A DNA stretch of 64,000 nt from Octopus sinensis. Its lineage: Eukaryota. Positions 1 through 12,939 of the stretch are shown one piece after another. The stretch covers positions 102,114,001-102,178,000 of the forward strand of contig NC_042997.1 of NCBI RefSeq assembly GCF_006345805.1. The letters run 5' to 3'. Every line of letters starts with the position of its first letter. Within the stretch, counting starts at the first letter, position 1. Made by a program: the position numbers and the translations under genes. The notes beneath the pieces were generated by a model that saw only the letters and a list, made by a program, of their open reading frames with translations, searched no databases and was not told the origin of the DNA.

Positions 1-24
1 TTATAAACACACACACGCACACAC

Positions 25-66
<42 letters not shown>

Positions 67-275
67 ACACACACAAATGAGGGTTCTCAGAAAAAGTGGT
101 CAACCAGCAAACACGCACATTACAAATACAAGCTGCAAGTAGAACAGTAAAAGTATGCAAGACTTTACCCAGGTTCAAAATGGAGTATTGCTTTTGTTAT
201 CTACCAGCTCAAATAATTGAAAAGAGAAGAGAGCATACATTCATTTATACATCATCATCTTCATCATCATCTTAC

Positions 276-530
276 ATGCAGGTGATACGTAAAAAGCACC
301 ATTGACCATTGCCGATACCAGTACTGCCTGACTGGCCCTTATTCTGGCAGCACGTGAAAGCACCCACTACACTCTAGGAGTGGTTGGTGTTAGGAAGGGC
401 ATCCAGATGTAGAAACTTTGCCAGATCAGCCTCGAGACTGGTGCAGTCTTCTGGGTCGCCAGCCCTCAGTCAAACTGTGTCCAACCCATGCCAGCATGGA
501 AAGCAGACGTTAAAGGATGGTGATGATGAT
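276..530 (+). mobile_element. SINE/retroposon 3' portion ending in a (GAT)n tail
   Basis: Octopus-type repeat body (gtggttggtgttaggaagggcatccag...ccaacccatgccagcatggaaagc) ending in gatgatgat; degenerate tails of the same type near 4545-4650 and 7060-7150. Confidence 0.75.
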
Positions 531-536
531 ATATAC

Positions 537-587
<51 letters not shown>

Positions 588-588
<1 letters not shown>

Positions 589-875
589 GAGGCGCAATGG
601 CCCAGTGGTTAGGGCAGCGGACTCGCAGTCGTAGGATCGCAGGCGTTGTGAGTGTTTATTGAGCGAAAACACCTAAAAGCTCCACGACGCTCTGGCAGGG
701 GGGGGGGGTGATCCCTGCTGTACTCTTTCACCACTCTTTCTCCCACTCTTTCTTTGTTGGCCTGCTTGCTTAGCCAGTGGGGTGGCGTCATTCAAAGGCT
801 AAAATAATGTGAACGCATTGTGACCAGCGATGTGTAAAAACATCTGATGGTCTGGTCGGTCACGTGATCACGTGG
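588..875 (+). mobile_element. tRNA-derived SINE, B-box region deleted
   Basis: Head ggaggcgcaatggcccagtggttagggcagcggactcgc has a tRNA A-box and D-arm; the T-loop/B-box is missing. Confidence 0.75.
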
Positions 876-915
876 TATATATATATATATATTCACTCAT
901 TATATTATATTATAT

Positions 916-952
<37 letters not shown>

Positions 953-3022
953 ACTGACTCCATTCCTCTCTTCAATAAATGGCCTTATGTTAAACAAAAA
1001 ATTAATATCTGAGTTGTTGATTCCTGGTGAAATATGAACTCTAAATGTGAGGTTACACACTCTAAACATCTAATCTTACTCTTGAAAAAAAGCATCAGCA
1101 ATTGTTTCTCATAGTAGAATGAAGCATGGCAATTTGGAAAAGGAATAAAAAGTAACAATTTTTCACGTATATGCCATTCCCAATGGCATACATGGTGACT
1201 GTGTGAAATGAAATAATTGGAATTGAGGAATGAAACTAAGATTACAAACTTTTGCTGAGTGTTTATCATTTGAAATAACAGTGATTTGTGAGTTTCTTGA
1301 CATTGCCAGTGGACATTAATTATACCAATGAAATTTCAGTCTTTATTTTCTTTTTATCTCACTTTTGTTGCTAGCTGCTTTAACACACTGTATGTAACTT
1401 GTCATTAATTTACATTAACATCTGTAATTGATAGTTACTTGGTTACTGTTCGCTACACCAAATCGTCTGCACATAATTATTTATGCATGAGAATAATCAA
1501 AGTTAATAATTGAATCTGTTTCTCTTATCAGAATGTTGTATATTTAAATGAAACTATTAATGAGGCAAAATCTCCAATCAAATAATGCACAAGACTACTG
1601 GCTCATATGTCATGGGTCCTTATACAGCAAGAAGCCTTTAATTATCACTTGCTAAGACAATTTTACATACCCATTTTATTGACATGGTAAATACAAACTT
1701 GGTTTTTGTTGGAAAGATACCTGCAATTGACTAGTAATCTCTCACAGGAGACAATTATCTTTCATCCACATAAAGCCAAAAAAATCTTGTGTAATAGAGA
1801 CAGGCATGGACAAATAGTGAAGACATTTACTATGCAGTCATTTAATCCCAGATTTTATACCATTATGCAGCATACTATGAAAGTGTCTTATACTCTAGCT
1901 GACGAAGTGAAATAAAGAAGATGAATACTGTGTAGAAGTCCATTAGATGAATTGTACTTGTAATTCAAAGAACCAGCCTTGTCACTCAGTGTCACAGCTG
2001 ATCTACTAAGGAATATTATTAATAATATAAGTGCCTATCAAATAATCAGTTCCTTACATTGTAATATAAGAAGAGTAATTTCCATTAGTACTGGAACTTA
2101 CTCTTCTTAGTTACATTGTGTACCAGTAGTCTCTCATGATTGGGAACTTAAGTGAAAGAAATGTTGTTATCCTTTATAGTAAAACCTTTTAGACTGGGAA
2201 TCTTCTAGCTAAATTTTCCATATATAAGTCAATATATATTTAACTTTCATCTCTTGGATTGAAAATTTTCTTTTAAACTGGTCCATTGACTGTTCACTCT
2301 CCAACCTACATTCTACAAATCCTATTAAGGTTGTCTTAAGATTATTATTTTTAAGCATGCAGTTTTATGCAAATTATACCAGCTTTTATTTCTTGTTAAA
2401 TACCTGCGGAAAGCCACCACCCATATGGAATTTCACATTGTACACCAAACATGGTGGAAAGTCTAGAAATGTTGGGTGTGGTTGTTCTCTTAATTAAGAA
2501 ATTTAGAAATTGCTCAACTAACAAGAAAAAAAGCTAAGAATAAAAATCAATAATTATATTATGTATGCATGCATTTTATTCAACTCAGTCATTTAGTGAT
2601 TAATTAGTAAATTTGTGTAGGTTTTATGTGTTCATATGAAATAACCACTTCGGTGTGTTTTCACACATAACATAATTAATTTCATTCCTAAGGTACTGGA
2701 AACAAAATAAGATTTTATATAAAGACTTAAATTATTATCAACAGTGAGCAGAGGTATATGAAACTAATCATTAACTGCAGGCTGTAACGATATTTTACAT
2801 ATTTTCCTAAGGGCAGAGAGGGGTTAGTGTTAGGTGTGGTATTTGCATATAATTGATCTAAATACAGACCATACATGTAATTAAATTTGGAATTAGAATT
2901 ACAATAACTACTAGACTTAGCATATTTTACCACACATTGTGTTATAGTTTAATCCTAGGTCAACCCTGACTGAGTAGACCTATGAACAGAGGTATTCCAG
3001 TTGTTAGTATATATTCTGCATT

Positions 3023-3215
3023 TAAGGTAGCAAGCTAGCAGATTTGTTAGCACCCTGGGCAAAATGCTTAGTGGCAGTTCACCTGTATTTATATTCTGAG
3101 TTCAAATGCTCCTGAGTGCAAACATTGCCTTTCATTCTTTCAGGGTCAATAAAATAACTACTACCTGAGTACTGGGATTGATGTGATTGACTTATCCCAC
3201 TCCCTTGGAATTGAA
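3023..3215 (+). mobile_element. tRNA-derived SINE family A (Meta-domain-like core), degenerate
   Basis: Similar to the well-preserved copy at 54650-54880: gagttcaaat B-box plus gcctttcattctttcagggtcaataaaat core. Confidence 0.7.
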
Positions 3216-4071
3216 ATCAGTATGTATTCTGCATTTTTTAAAACTGTTTGTATATGAAAGACTGAAGTCTCCAGTGTAACTTGAGCACTTTTAAGGCATT
3301 GAGTTGAGATCTGAGAGGATCTGGTTCTTAGTAGGTCATCAATTTAGTGGGTCAAATTGACCATTAGATCGTTAGTATATACTGTATTAGTAAGGTGCAT
3401 GTGAAGATGAGAATAACCATACTAATATTTTTATAAGTTTCTAAATTTTTTATTACTTGTAACATTTGAACTTACATATGTGTAACAATTATTTGAATAA
3501 AATAGCTTATGTGAGATAGTACTTTGATAGGAGATTTTACAAGAAATATTTCATTTATATGAAAATAGTTTATGGTTATTAAAGATTGAATAAATAGAGA
3601 AGGTGAAAACACTTCACCACAAAATTGCCTATAGAGTTCTGTGTAACACATGAGATCATTCTGTTTGCAAGTTTAATATCCAAGTTTATATAACATTTAG
3701 TCAAGCTTCTAAAATCTCCAACAAAACAATCTGGCAAGAAAATTTACAAAACTTACTTTTAGGTCTACCACTAATTTGATTACACACCTGCTGATCTGAT
3801 TGATTGAACCATTTCACATAGGTGCATTTTATGTAAACACGGTTAAGTTCTCATAGCTGGTTTTTGCCTTTTATGGCAACATAGCTAGACCATGATCTTA
3901 AACTTGTGATCTGAGTGAGATGGGTGAAAACTAAGCTTTGATACACACTCTTACTGGTCAAGTGGTTAAGCAGTCTCCTTCATTGTCTCCTCTACCATAT
4001 TATAGTGAGTAGTTCTGTCAATGTTATTTACACACTTAAACATGTTTACCTCTGATATAATAATGTGTGTT

Positions 4072-4113
<42 letters not shown>

Positions 4114-4124
4114 CAACAACAATA

Positions 4125-4320
4125 ATGGCTTCAAATTTTGGCACAGAGCCAACAGTTTTGAGAAAAGAGAGAAGTCGGTTACAGTGAATCCAGTACTTGA
4201 TTGGTATTTATTTTATCAACCACTGAAATCAACTTTGCCTTTCATATTTTGAACCCAGAATATAAAGATGAACAACAATGCCACTAAGCATTTTGTGCAG
4301 CAGGCTAATGATTCAGTCAG
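4125..4320 (-). mobile_element. SINE family A, degenerate
   Basis: Reverse copy: ttttggcacagagcc...tggtatttattttatcaacc...aaatcaactttgcc. Confidence 0.6.
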
Positions 4321-4348
4321 TTTATCACCTTTATAATAATAATAATAA

Positions 4349-4389
<41 letters not shown>

Positions 4390-5205
4390 TAACAATAATA
4401 ATAATAATGATAACAATAATAATGATAATATTTGACCATTCAGAATAAAGACTAAGGAAAGAATAAACCAATTAACAATAGAACAAACAACCTTAAATTA
4501 ATATTGATATACATTCATATTACGTTATTCAGAAACAGGTGAGAATTGGCTTTAGGAAGAGCATTTGGCCATAGAATATCCACCTGAACAAATTCTGTCC
4601 AACTCATGCAAGAGTGGAAAAGTGAACATCAAAATGATGATGATGATAATGATTCACTGTCATTTGTTGATTACCTTATTACATTTACTTATGTATGTAC
4701 AAAGACGCTATTTTTTTCTTGAAGATATAACAAACTACATAATCCAGTAACTAACATAATTTGATCCTTATGTAACTACATACATTTAACAAGTCAATAA
4801 CCTTCTAACTTGTTCGGTTAGTTAGACACATTTTTTTTGTTTTTGTTTTGCATTTCTTGCTTTGTTAAAGCTCAACAAATTTATGTGTTAGTATGTATGT
4901 CATATAATATATATGTATGTGTTTGCGGTTTGAAAGTACCTAAAGTTATTAAACAAATACCAATCATAGTTTCACACAAACCTCAGCATGTAAACTAAAA
5001 CATTCATTATATCTGATATCGGAAGTTACATAGATAGCCTCCCCATGGAATGAAACTTGGGGGTTGGTTATGCTCCAAGTTTTCTCAAGCCTATGCAGGT
5101 AGCAATCCAATGCTCTCTTTCAGTTTACGTCAGTGTAGAAAAAAATTTAAATAATCAATTAACAGGCACATTAAATTTACCCATCCATTTGTAAACTAAA
5201 TTATC

Positions 5206-5601
5206 ACTAGCAGTATCGCCCAGCGTTGCTCAGGTTTGTTTCGACCTTTTAGAATTGGAAATTTTGAAAAGTAAAAATTTTGCATTATGTAGCTTGTTAT
5301 TCTCTTTAAGTGAACTTTTTTCTGGTTGAAATACACCGAAAAATGGTGACACAGCAGTCAAAAAATCGTAAAAAAAATAGGGATTTTCATAGAAAAAAAG
5401 CACCTTTTTGATGTAAATAATTTTTGGTGTTAACATGGTCCAATTAAAATTTTTTCTTCTACGGAAGGAAGAGCAAGCCTTCTTCTATCATACTCTCAAT
5501 TTTGGTCAACTTGCGCCGTAGGGTCTCAGAGGAGATAGTGTTAGTTGAAAGCTACCAAACCTGCCATACACAGACAACTTCAGCTTTATATATATAGAGA
5601 T
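5206..5601 (+). mobile_element. Non-autonomous Helitron/Helentron-type (HINE-like) element
   Basis: Starts actagcagtatcgcccagcgttgctcaggtttg and ends cagacaac...tttatatatatagagat; both ends are shared with 36869-37237 while the interiors differ. Confidence 0.6.
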
Positions 5602-5814
5602 GTTATGTGATATTTTTCGGTAGAATGGCATGGTTAGCTGAAGTTGGTGGAGAAAAATAAACTTGAAATTCTTTTTGTTTTCTATTATAATGCTTTACTG
5701 AGAATCTGAATATTTCATCAATATATACCACAGAAAATGCTTATGTTTATTATACATAAATGTATACAGATATACAGCAGAGATACATCCAAACACAAAC
5801 ACATATAGCATGTG

Positions 5815-5909
<95 letters not shown>

Positions 5910-6058
5910 GTCTGTCCGTCTACCTATCTGTCTATCTGTCTATCTATCTGTCTATCTGTTTATCTATTTCTCTATCCATCCCTCCACACATATACATACA
6001 TACACAGAAACATACACATATATACAAACATCTCTCCCGCTCTATCTCACTCTCTCTC

Positions 6059-6125
<67 letters not shown>

Positions 6126-6160
6126 GTATATATATATGTATGTGTATGTGTATACATATA

Positions 6161-6200
<40 letters not shown>
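5815..6200. repeat. (ATCT)n followed by (TA)n/(TATG)n compound microsatellite
   Basis: Direct reading; explains the spurious ORFs at 5760-6292. Confidence 0.95.
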
Positions 6201-6207
<7 letters not shown>

Positions 6208-6780
6208 CATATATGCACATATACACACACATTTAATAGTACATACATGCATGCACATACACATATACACACATAACTTTGGAGAGGAGTGAAATATGCT
6301 AGATGTCCTCAATACAGGAAGGATATGACCAATGAATAGTTGGTGGTTTAGGTTCAGAGAGTTGCAGAGGAAGCAGGTTTAATAGAACAGAGAGGAGAAA
6401 CTGTAAGCCAGACTAACAGTTAGGGAAAATTTTGTCCAGAGATAAAAATGGAGGGAACTTATGCTGATTGGAAAGTAAGAAAATGAGAGCATAAGGGTAA
6501 ATAAAAGAAAAACTGGCTTTTTAAAATAAACTATTGGCAATTGCAGGTGAAGAAGGTGAAGAAGAAACTAATGTTTGACATGAATTGGAAAGATATGCTG
6601 TAAAATAAAAAAAAAATACAAGTAGAAATGAATGCAGAGCTCAAGGAATGTAAGTAACTGAAAGAAAAGAAAATGAAACATTAGAAAATGGAGCAAAACT
6701 TCGAGCAGAAAGGTTAAGAATTGCTGAAATGAGACAGAAACAAATCCCATCCTTTTTTTTATGAGTACTACACAGTAATG

Positions 6781-6960
6781 CAGGTGTGGTTGTGTGGTTA
6801 AAAAACCAGTCACAAGGATTCAGATTCAGTCCCACCACATGGCACCTGGGGAAAATGTCTTCTACTATAGCCCTTGGTCCATCAATGCCTTGTGAGTGGA
6901 TTTGGTAGATGGAAACTGTAGGAAAGTCTGTTGTATACACACACACACTTGTATGCATGT
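6781..6960 (+). mobile_element. SINE family B (CORE-like), 5' part
   Basis: gtggttaa...gattcagtcccacc...cacctggggaaaatgtcttctactatagcc...gtgagtggatttggtagatggaaactg; matches 30588-31070. Confidence 0.75.
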
Positions 6961-7122
6961 ATGTATATATGTATGAGTGAGTGTAAATTTATGATTTCAT
7001 GCTTTGACATTGCATTTCATTGTCATACAAGAAGTGTTATTCATTTTCAGTATTCAGGGAAAACATGTCTGGCCATAGAAAATTGGCCTCAAAAAACACC
7101 ATGCTAGGATGGAAAAATGAAC

Positions 7123-7153
<31 letters not shown>

Positions 7154-9009
7154 CAAGTAAATAAATAAATAAATAAAAGTCCCAAACTACCAGTGGCTGC
7201 TTTTGTGTTAATTCTTTTTTTTTTTTTTTAATAATTGGGTAAATATTAACATTATCATATTAACTAAATATGTTTATAAACCAAATCAATATGCTAAAAC
7301 AGAAAAGGATGAAATAGATTTAGTCTAAAATACTGTTCTGATAGAAAGACTAATGGCATTAATGACACATTAAAATACATAAATAATAATGGAACATTCC
7401 AATGATAAAGTAATCACATAGGCACTACAAGCACACCAGCTGATAAGGAGTTTAAAAGTTATGTAATTTTGTTGAGATAAGTGGCTCAAAAGATCATTTT
7501 GTCTCATACAAAGTTGCAGAAAAGTAACATGAAACATGGAACTTCCTTAATATTTAACTTTCATCATGTTTTCATTTCTTCCTGTATTATTGTTTTTCTC
7601 TATATGAAAGAAATATGTAACAAGGATTGTTTCTTACATTGCAAAATGCATGAAGTTAGAAATCAATATTTGTAATTTATACTGAAAATACACTTTTCAT
7701 CAATTTTATTAAACAAGTTGGTCTATGCTAAAATATGTAAGGTAATAGTTAAGCTCTGATGTATGCAACAAGCATTAAACTCAACTGAAAATAATTAAGC
7801 AACAAGGACAAAAAAATAGTATTCCATGGCAAATATTATTTCATTACTCAAACAAATATGGGAGATAATTCTGAACATGTTTTGTTCTTATTATGACCTC
7901 ATTATCAATTTTACTAGTCTTCCTCCCCCCCTTTTTTTTTGTTTTCCTCACACTATTTGTTTCTTACATTAAATATATTAATACTGTCATAACTATTGTT
8001 TTTAACATGTATGGTTTCTCTGAGTCATTGATTCTCAAACTGTTATTTTTCTACACCAAGAAGTATACAAACTTGCACATTTAGTGATTTTTCTCCATCA
8101 CTGCTTCAGCAAATAAGCTGACGTTTGTGCTTTGCTGATAAGATCAAAATGTGTCCTGCATAGCTACATTTACTCAATAAAAAAGATTAAAATCAGTTAC
8201 TGTTTCTTTTATTGCAGTAAAAAAATATTTCTAGAAAACATACTGCATTAAATTTGTTAACACAAACGTAACTATTAATCAAATGATGAAGAATGGTGGC
8301 ATGTTAGAATTGTTGGAGCTTCAGAGAAAATGCCTTGTGGTATTTCTGGTTCTTATGTCTAAGTCCAAATCCCACCAACCCTGTCAAAAGACTTTGGTGC
8401 CTGGGGGTGCTTCAGAATATTCTGGGTGGGTACTAATTTGTATTGCAAGAAGAGTTTTGTAAACTATATTTTCTAAACCTGAGGGTACACTATGGAATAA
8501 TGAGGGGGGAAATGCCCTCCAGTGCACCATCTTAGTGATGGTAGGAAGCTCATTAAGGCCAACGTTGATTTTTGTCCTTTTGGAGTTGATAAAATAAAAT
8601 TCCAGATAAATAAAAGGGTCAGTATATATGCCTAATTGTCTTCCCCCCAAATTCTGGTAATCTGCCTAAATTCATTAGCAAATAGTACCACAAAATGTTC
8701 ACATTGTACAATAATTCATTTTGCTGCAGAGATCTACTGTTTAAATTGGTGTTTTTTATTTGCTTCAACCATAATACTGCAGACTTGTTGAAGCCCTACT
8801 TTGAAGGGTTTAATCTATCAAGTTTGCTATCTATTCTATCAAACTTTTTTTGCCAAACTGTTAGGTTACGGCAAAGTTAACAAAACATCATCAACTGTCA
8901 GGCAGTGTGAGGACAAAACACAAAGACACTCATGCACGCATACATATAGATATAAATATACATCTGTATATTTGTGTAGGCGCATATAAATAAACACGCG
9001 TGCACTCAC

Positions 9010-9265
9010 GTACGTACGTATATATGTAGGCAAATCGAATATTAAAAGTTGAACAGTAATAATCGAACATTAAAAATAACAAAATAACAATAACAAAACA
9101 AGAGGACATACACATGGAATGTATTAGTTTAACACTCAGGAAAGGTGGAAAGAAGAGTGGATTTTTAACATTTCGAGCATAGCTCTTCATCAGAAAGGAA
9201 AACGGAAAAGTCCAGAGAAGGAAAATTTTCATGAACAGTACGTGTGTAGTTACATGGTTGAAGTA
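9010..9265 (-). mobile_element. Penelope pLTR-like non-coding repeat carrying a hammerhead motif
   Basis: Similar in sequence and layout to 19195-19480; contains the CTGATGA...GAAA core at 9164-9196. Confidence 0.6.
9164..9196 (-). ncRNA. Minimal type I hammerhead ribozyme motif (dimer-type)
   Basis: Minus strand reads ttt-CTGATGA-a-gagc-tat-gctc-GAA-ATGT-T-aaa: core, 4-bp stem II, near-palindromic stem III, 3-bp stem I. Confidence 0.65.
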
Positions 9266-10365
9266 TGTATGTATATATGTATGTATGTATGTATGACAAG
9301 TTTCCTCAGAGCATCTGTCAATCAAATTTACTCACAAGGCATTGGTTGTCAACAAAATCGATTTTTCCATGCTTCTTGAAATTCGCCAACTCTACATCTG
9401 ATGTTCCTTTACTTTTCGCTCTTTACTTTCCTATCTTTTTGTGCATTATTCTATGAACTATACATGCACTTTTGGCTACCTTTTCTGATGAGTCGTAATG
9501 CACCCGAGCACTATATACAATGAGAGCATTATTATTATTTTAGGTATCAGGGGATGAATAAAGTCAGTTGAATCGACTCAATTTTGTGAAGATATAAATT
9601 CAAAATATTGAGGCATAAAACTAAATAAGTGTAGGATATTTTATATACAATCTGTCACTTCTTGTACCGTTTTGAAATTAAATGTTTGCTTTCAAACAGA
9701 AAATTGTAAAAATATGTAAATGGTAACAACAAATTTAGTTTTAAAAAATTAATTCATATAGCATTCAAAGCGAATTTACTTTCAAATATATATCTTCTTC
9801 ATATTATATTAACATCATATTAATATTTACTGAGTAGGGTAGTGGTGGAACATTTCATAACTAAAACAAGATAAAATGCTCACAACCATTCTTCCTTCTC
9901 TTCCTCTCTTACGCCTTCTCTCTCTGCCTAAAAAATTCATACATACATACGCACAGACACAAGCACACACAGATTACATACAATTTTATAATGAGGCAAA
10001 CACTTTGATTCTGATACTTCATACAAATACTCATCTCTTTATTAGCTACTAAGGGCCCAAATACTAAAACACGACTGTGTGTGCGTGCGTATGTGTATCG
10101 CTGTGTCTTAATGTTTCTTTGAACTAGCAAGAACAAAACATTTGTTACAATATAAAAAATTCTAATTGAAAAATGAATCAAGAAAAGAAACAAAATACTC
10201 ATTATGTAACACAACATCATTAGCACTAAAATATATAATTTTATCTTTAGTTCAAGGTTACATGTTCAAATGAGGAAAAATTTAATGCGAGCTATTTCAA
10301 CAGAGATAATTGAATAAAATCTTGAAAGAAGCTACAGACGGGTTAACTGACGAAGAGTCTTTGAA

Positions 10366-10779
10366 TTTTTTCGGTTTGAACGGCAGTTTTTCTAGCGGTG
10401 TCATATGAAATTGTCACCCATAATTATGACCCTAGTATTGATCTATTGCGTTTCAATCTGTTTTAGGGTTAGGGTTAGGGGTGGGTGGAAGGGTATCTTT
10501 TTTTCTTCAGAAATGTAAATAAACCCAATCTGTTTCTTAAACGAGGAACATATTCATACGGTACAGAATGTTTTCACCTCAATATACGTCATTGATTGGT
10601 TGAAATTGCAGAAATTGAAGAAAAAAAAGCAACAAATATCTTACAAACTATAGAATTTTCTCAATAAAGCCAAGAGAAAAAGATGTTTTATAAACACATT
10701 ATATCTGTATACGAAGTTTAAAAGTGTTTAGTTACGTGGCAATTATTTTAAAAAACTGCCGTTCAAACCAAAAAGATCC
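10366..10779. mobile_element. MITE with ~20-bp TIRs and internal (TTAGGG)3
   Basis: ggtttgaacggcagttttt (10373-10391) is the reverse complement of aaaaactgccgttcaaacc (10751-10769); ttaggg x3 at 10463-10480. Confidence 0.8.
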
Positions 10780-11059
10780 GAGGCTTTTACTTAATCAATC
10801 GACCTGTAGAATTGGGAGCGAAATTTCCCAACCATCTTAAAAGAGAAAACAGTCTGTAAACTCTTTTTATATACAATATTTCTGATAATTAAAAAAAAAA
10901 TGGTTGGTAACGGCTAAAATGTCAATGATAATTTATGTATGGTATTTAAAGGCTGCCTGGCAAATAAACAACAGTAAAATTGGATTTTATATTAATACTT
11001 TCGAAAGTACATACGTACGTACATACGTACGTACACACATACACTTTCTTTATATTGGA

Positions 11060-11235
11060 ACTGAAACAGGATTTGCCTGAGGACTTGAGTTTCATACCAC
11101 TGCGATCATCGGACGGGAATGCAGTGGCGTGTGGTTCGAGTTACAAGACAAGCTCTCAATTTCAGTAACACACATACACACACACGGGTGCTCAATAGAC
11201 ACTCTTACCTCATTCTTCCTACATAAACCAACGTA
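11060..11235 (-). mobile_element. Short repeat family with degenerate hammerhead-like core
   Basis: tttcataccactgcgatcatcgg here resembles tttcatgccactgcgatcttcagg at 41963-41986; both copies end in aacgtacg before a (GT)n tract. Confidence 0.45.
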
Positions 11236-11289
11236 CGAATGTGTATGCGTGTATGTGTTTGTGTATATATATATGTGTGTGTGTGTGTG

Positions 11290-11323
<34 letters not shown>

Positions 11324-12254
11324 ACATATACATACATACATACATACTTACATACATACACACACATGTGTATTATGTGTAGATACACACATATGCATGT
11401 GTGCGTATGTATGTGTATACATCATCAGTAAATCATAAATCCGAAAAAGATTTTTTCTTGCTGCTCTCTCTCTGTATATGTATGTATGTATGTATGTATG
11501 TACGTACGTACATACGTATGTATGTATGTATGTATGTATGTATGTATGTATGTATGTATGTATGTATGTATGTATGTATGTATGTATGTATACTGCTTTA
11601 TTATAGATCCCTGTCAGTAGATTTACAAATCACTTTCGTACACTAGAGCTTGGGAAAACAAATTCTTGACCTCCCATCCACCCCACTACCACACACATCA
11701 ACACCGTCCCGCTCGGCCTAGCCCCAACCCTGCTCTAAAAGCATTTACTTCATACACCATTATGGCATTTGTCCGTTCTATGTGAGCATGCAAACGTGGA
11801 TTCTTCATATTTACCTACATACATACATTTGTAAATGGTCGTGGTCACCATTATAGATAATGGTCCGTGGTGCGTGTTGTGTCCATCTAATGTTGACTTA
11901 TATCAGAAGGCTGAAATAATGCATATAATGTGCCAGTTGGAAAAGAGAAAGACACAACCACGTAGTAGGCTTATGAAAGATTTATTGATATATTTACATG
12001 CATCTGTGTGGGTTGTATGTTTGCAGTTAACCATGGCGAAGTAGTTCACGAAAAACAGCGCTATGTTAGAACTTGTGCAGTGTTGCTGGTGCTGTGCACG
12101 TAGAAATGTTGTTGACGACGTTGGTGAAAGACATGATGGTGGCGACGAAGGTGGAGATCGCTGTAATGCTGTTGGACGAGTGTTGTCTGGCGTTGTCGCT
12201 GGAACTGGCTGTGTCGTGTGGTCTGTGGCTAGACCTTAGAAGGTCTGGAACCAA

Positions 12255-12430
12255 AGACATCGAGATGAGGAGAAGTTGAGTTTTTATAAGTAACAGTAGG
12301 CCCAAATTGGAGTTTGGAACAAATTGTCTCACGTGATCTTATTTAGGGACCTCTGTTGGTTAGGTTGCATATTGGCGCGCTAGAGTAAGATACAATTTGC
12401 GCCAATACCAACCAATCAGAGTGGTGGACA
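12255..12430 (-). promoter_or_regulatory. Candidate Pol II promoter (TATA, CCAAT boxes, E-box, E2F-like pair)
   Basis: Minus-strand TATAAAA at 12282-12288; CCAAT/ATTGG at 12306, 12371, 12402, 12412; TCACGTGA at 12329-12336; inverted tattggcgc/gcgccaata; GC-richer downstream region 11830-12260. Confidence 0.45.
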
Positions 12431-12866
12431 CGGCGGGGTCCAAATAGCAGCCAAGGTTAGCTTTTAACTGCTACGTTGGTATGTCTGTATATATTATAAA
12501 GGAGTGAGGAATTTCACTAGTGTACGTTACACATACATAAGTACATGCATTACGTGGACAATATTTCCAACCATGCCATTTCAACTGTATCTATTCAAGT
12601 GCTTCAATTCTGTGTATGTACACATTTATTCGATTACTGACATTTATCAATGGTTATCAATGTTTTGATGCACTATATTCTATCATTTGTAGAGCTGTGG
12701 GCATTTTTGGTGACATGGGTATTCTAATAACTTATATGATTTAATATATAATACTTCGTTATATGATATATTAATTATATATTATCTTATAAGTTAGTAT
12801 GTAACTTATAATAATATATTATATGTTAATTAATAAACACATTACAGCTGATAACTTCGAAGAAAT

Positions 12867-12931
12867 AATAGCCATTTCTAAAAATGATAATTTATCTACA
12901 TCTAATCACCAGAACCTCACAAGGTACATCC
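12867..12931 (+). mobile_element. Isolated ~65-bp fragment of the R4/Dong-like LINE family
   Basis: aatagccatttctaaaaatgataatttatctacatctaatcaccagaacctcacaaggtacatcc closely matches 15165-15230. Confidence 0.8.
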
Positions 12932-12939
12932 ACTGCAGA

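Noticed and set aside
5760-6292. Long ORFs of IY/YL/TH/CV repeats here and at many other loci (e.g. 23351-24599, 43583-44140, 44745-45086)
   Set aside because: Translations of microsatellites lacking stop codons; no coding evidence.
9484-9512. CTGATGA as a hammerhead (also 28270, 34113, 47482, 60011)
   Set aside because: No stem II followed by GAAA; the 47482 instance lies in LINE coding sequence.
10463-10480. Interstitial telomere or fusion scar
   Set aside because: Only three TTAGGG units, lying inside a TIR-bounded MITE.
12066-12332. ORFs 12066..12332 (-) and 12073..12279 (+) as proteins
   Set aside because: No recognisable domain; better explained as GC-richer 5' UTR/promoter sequence.
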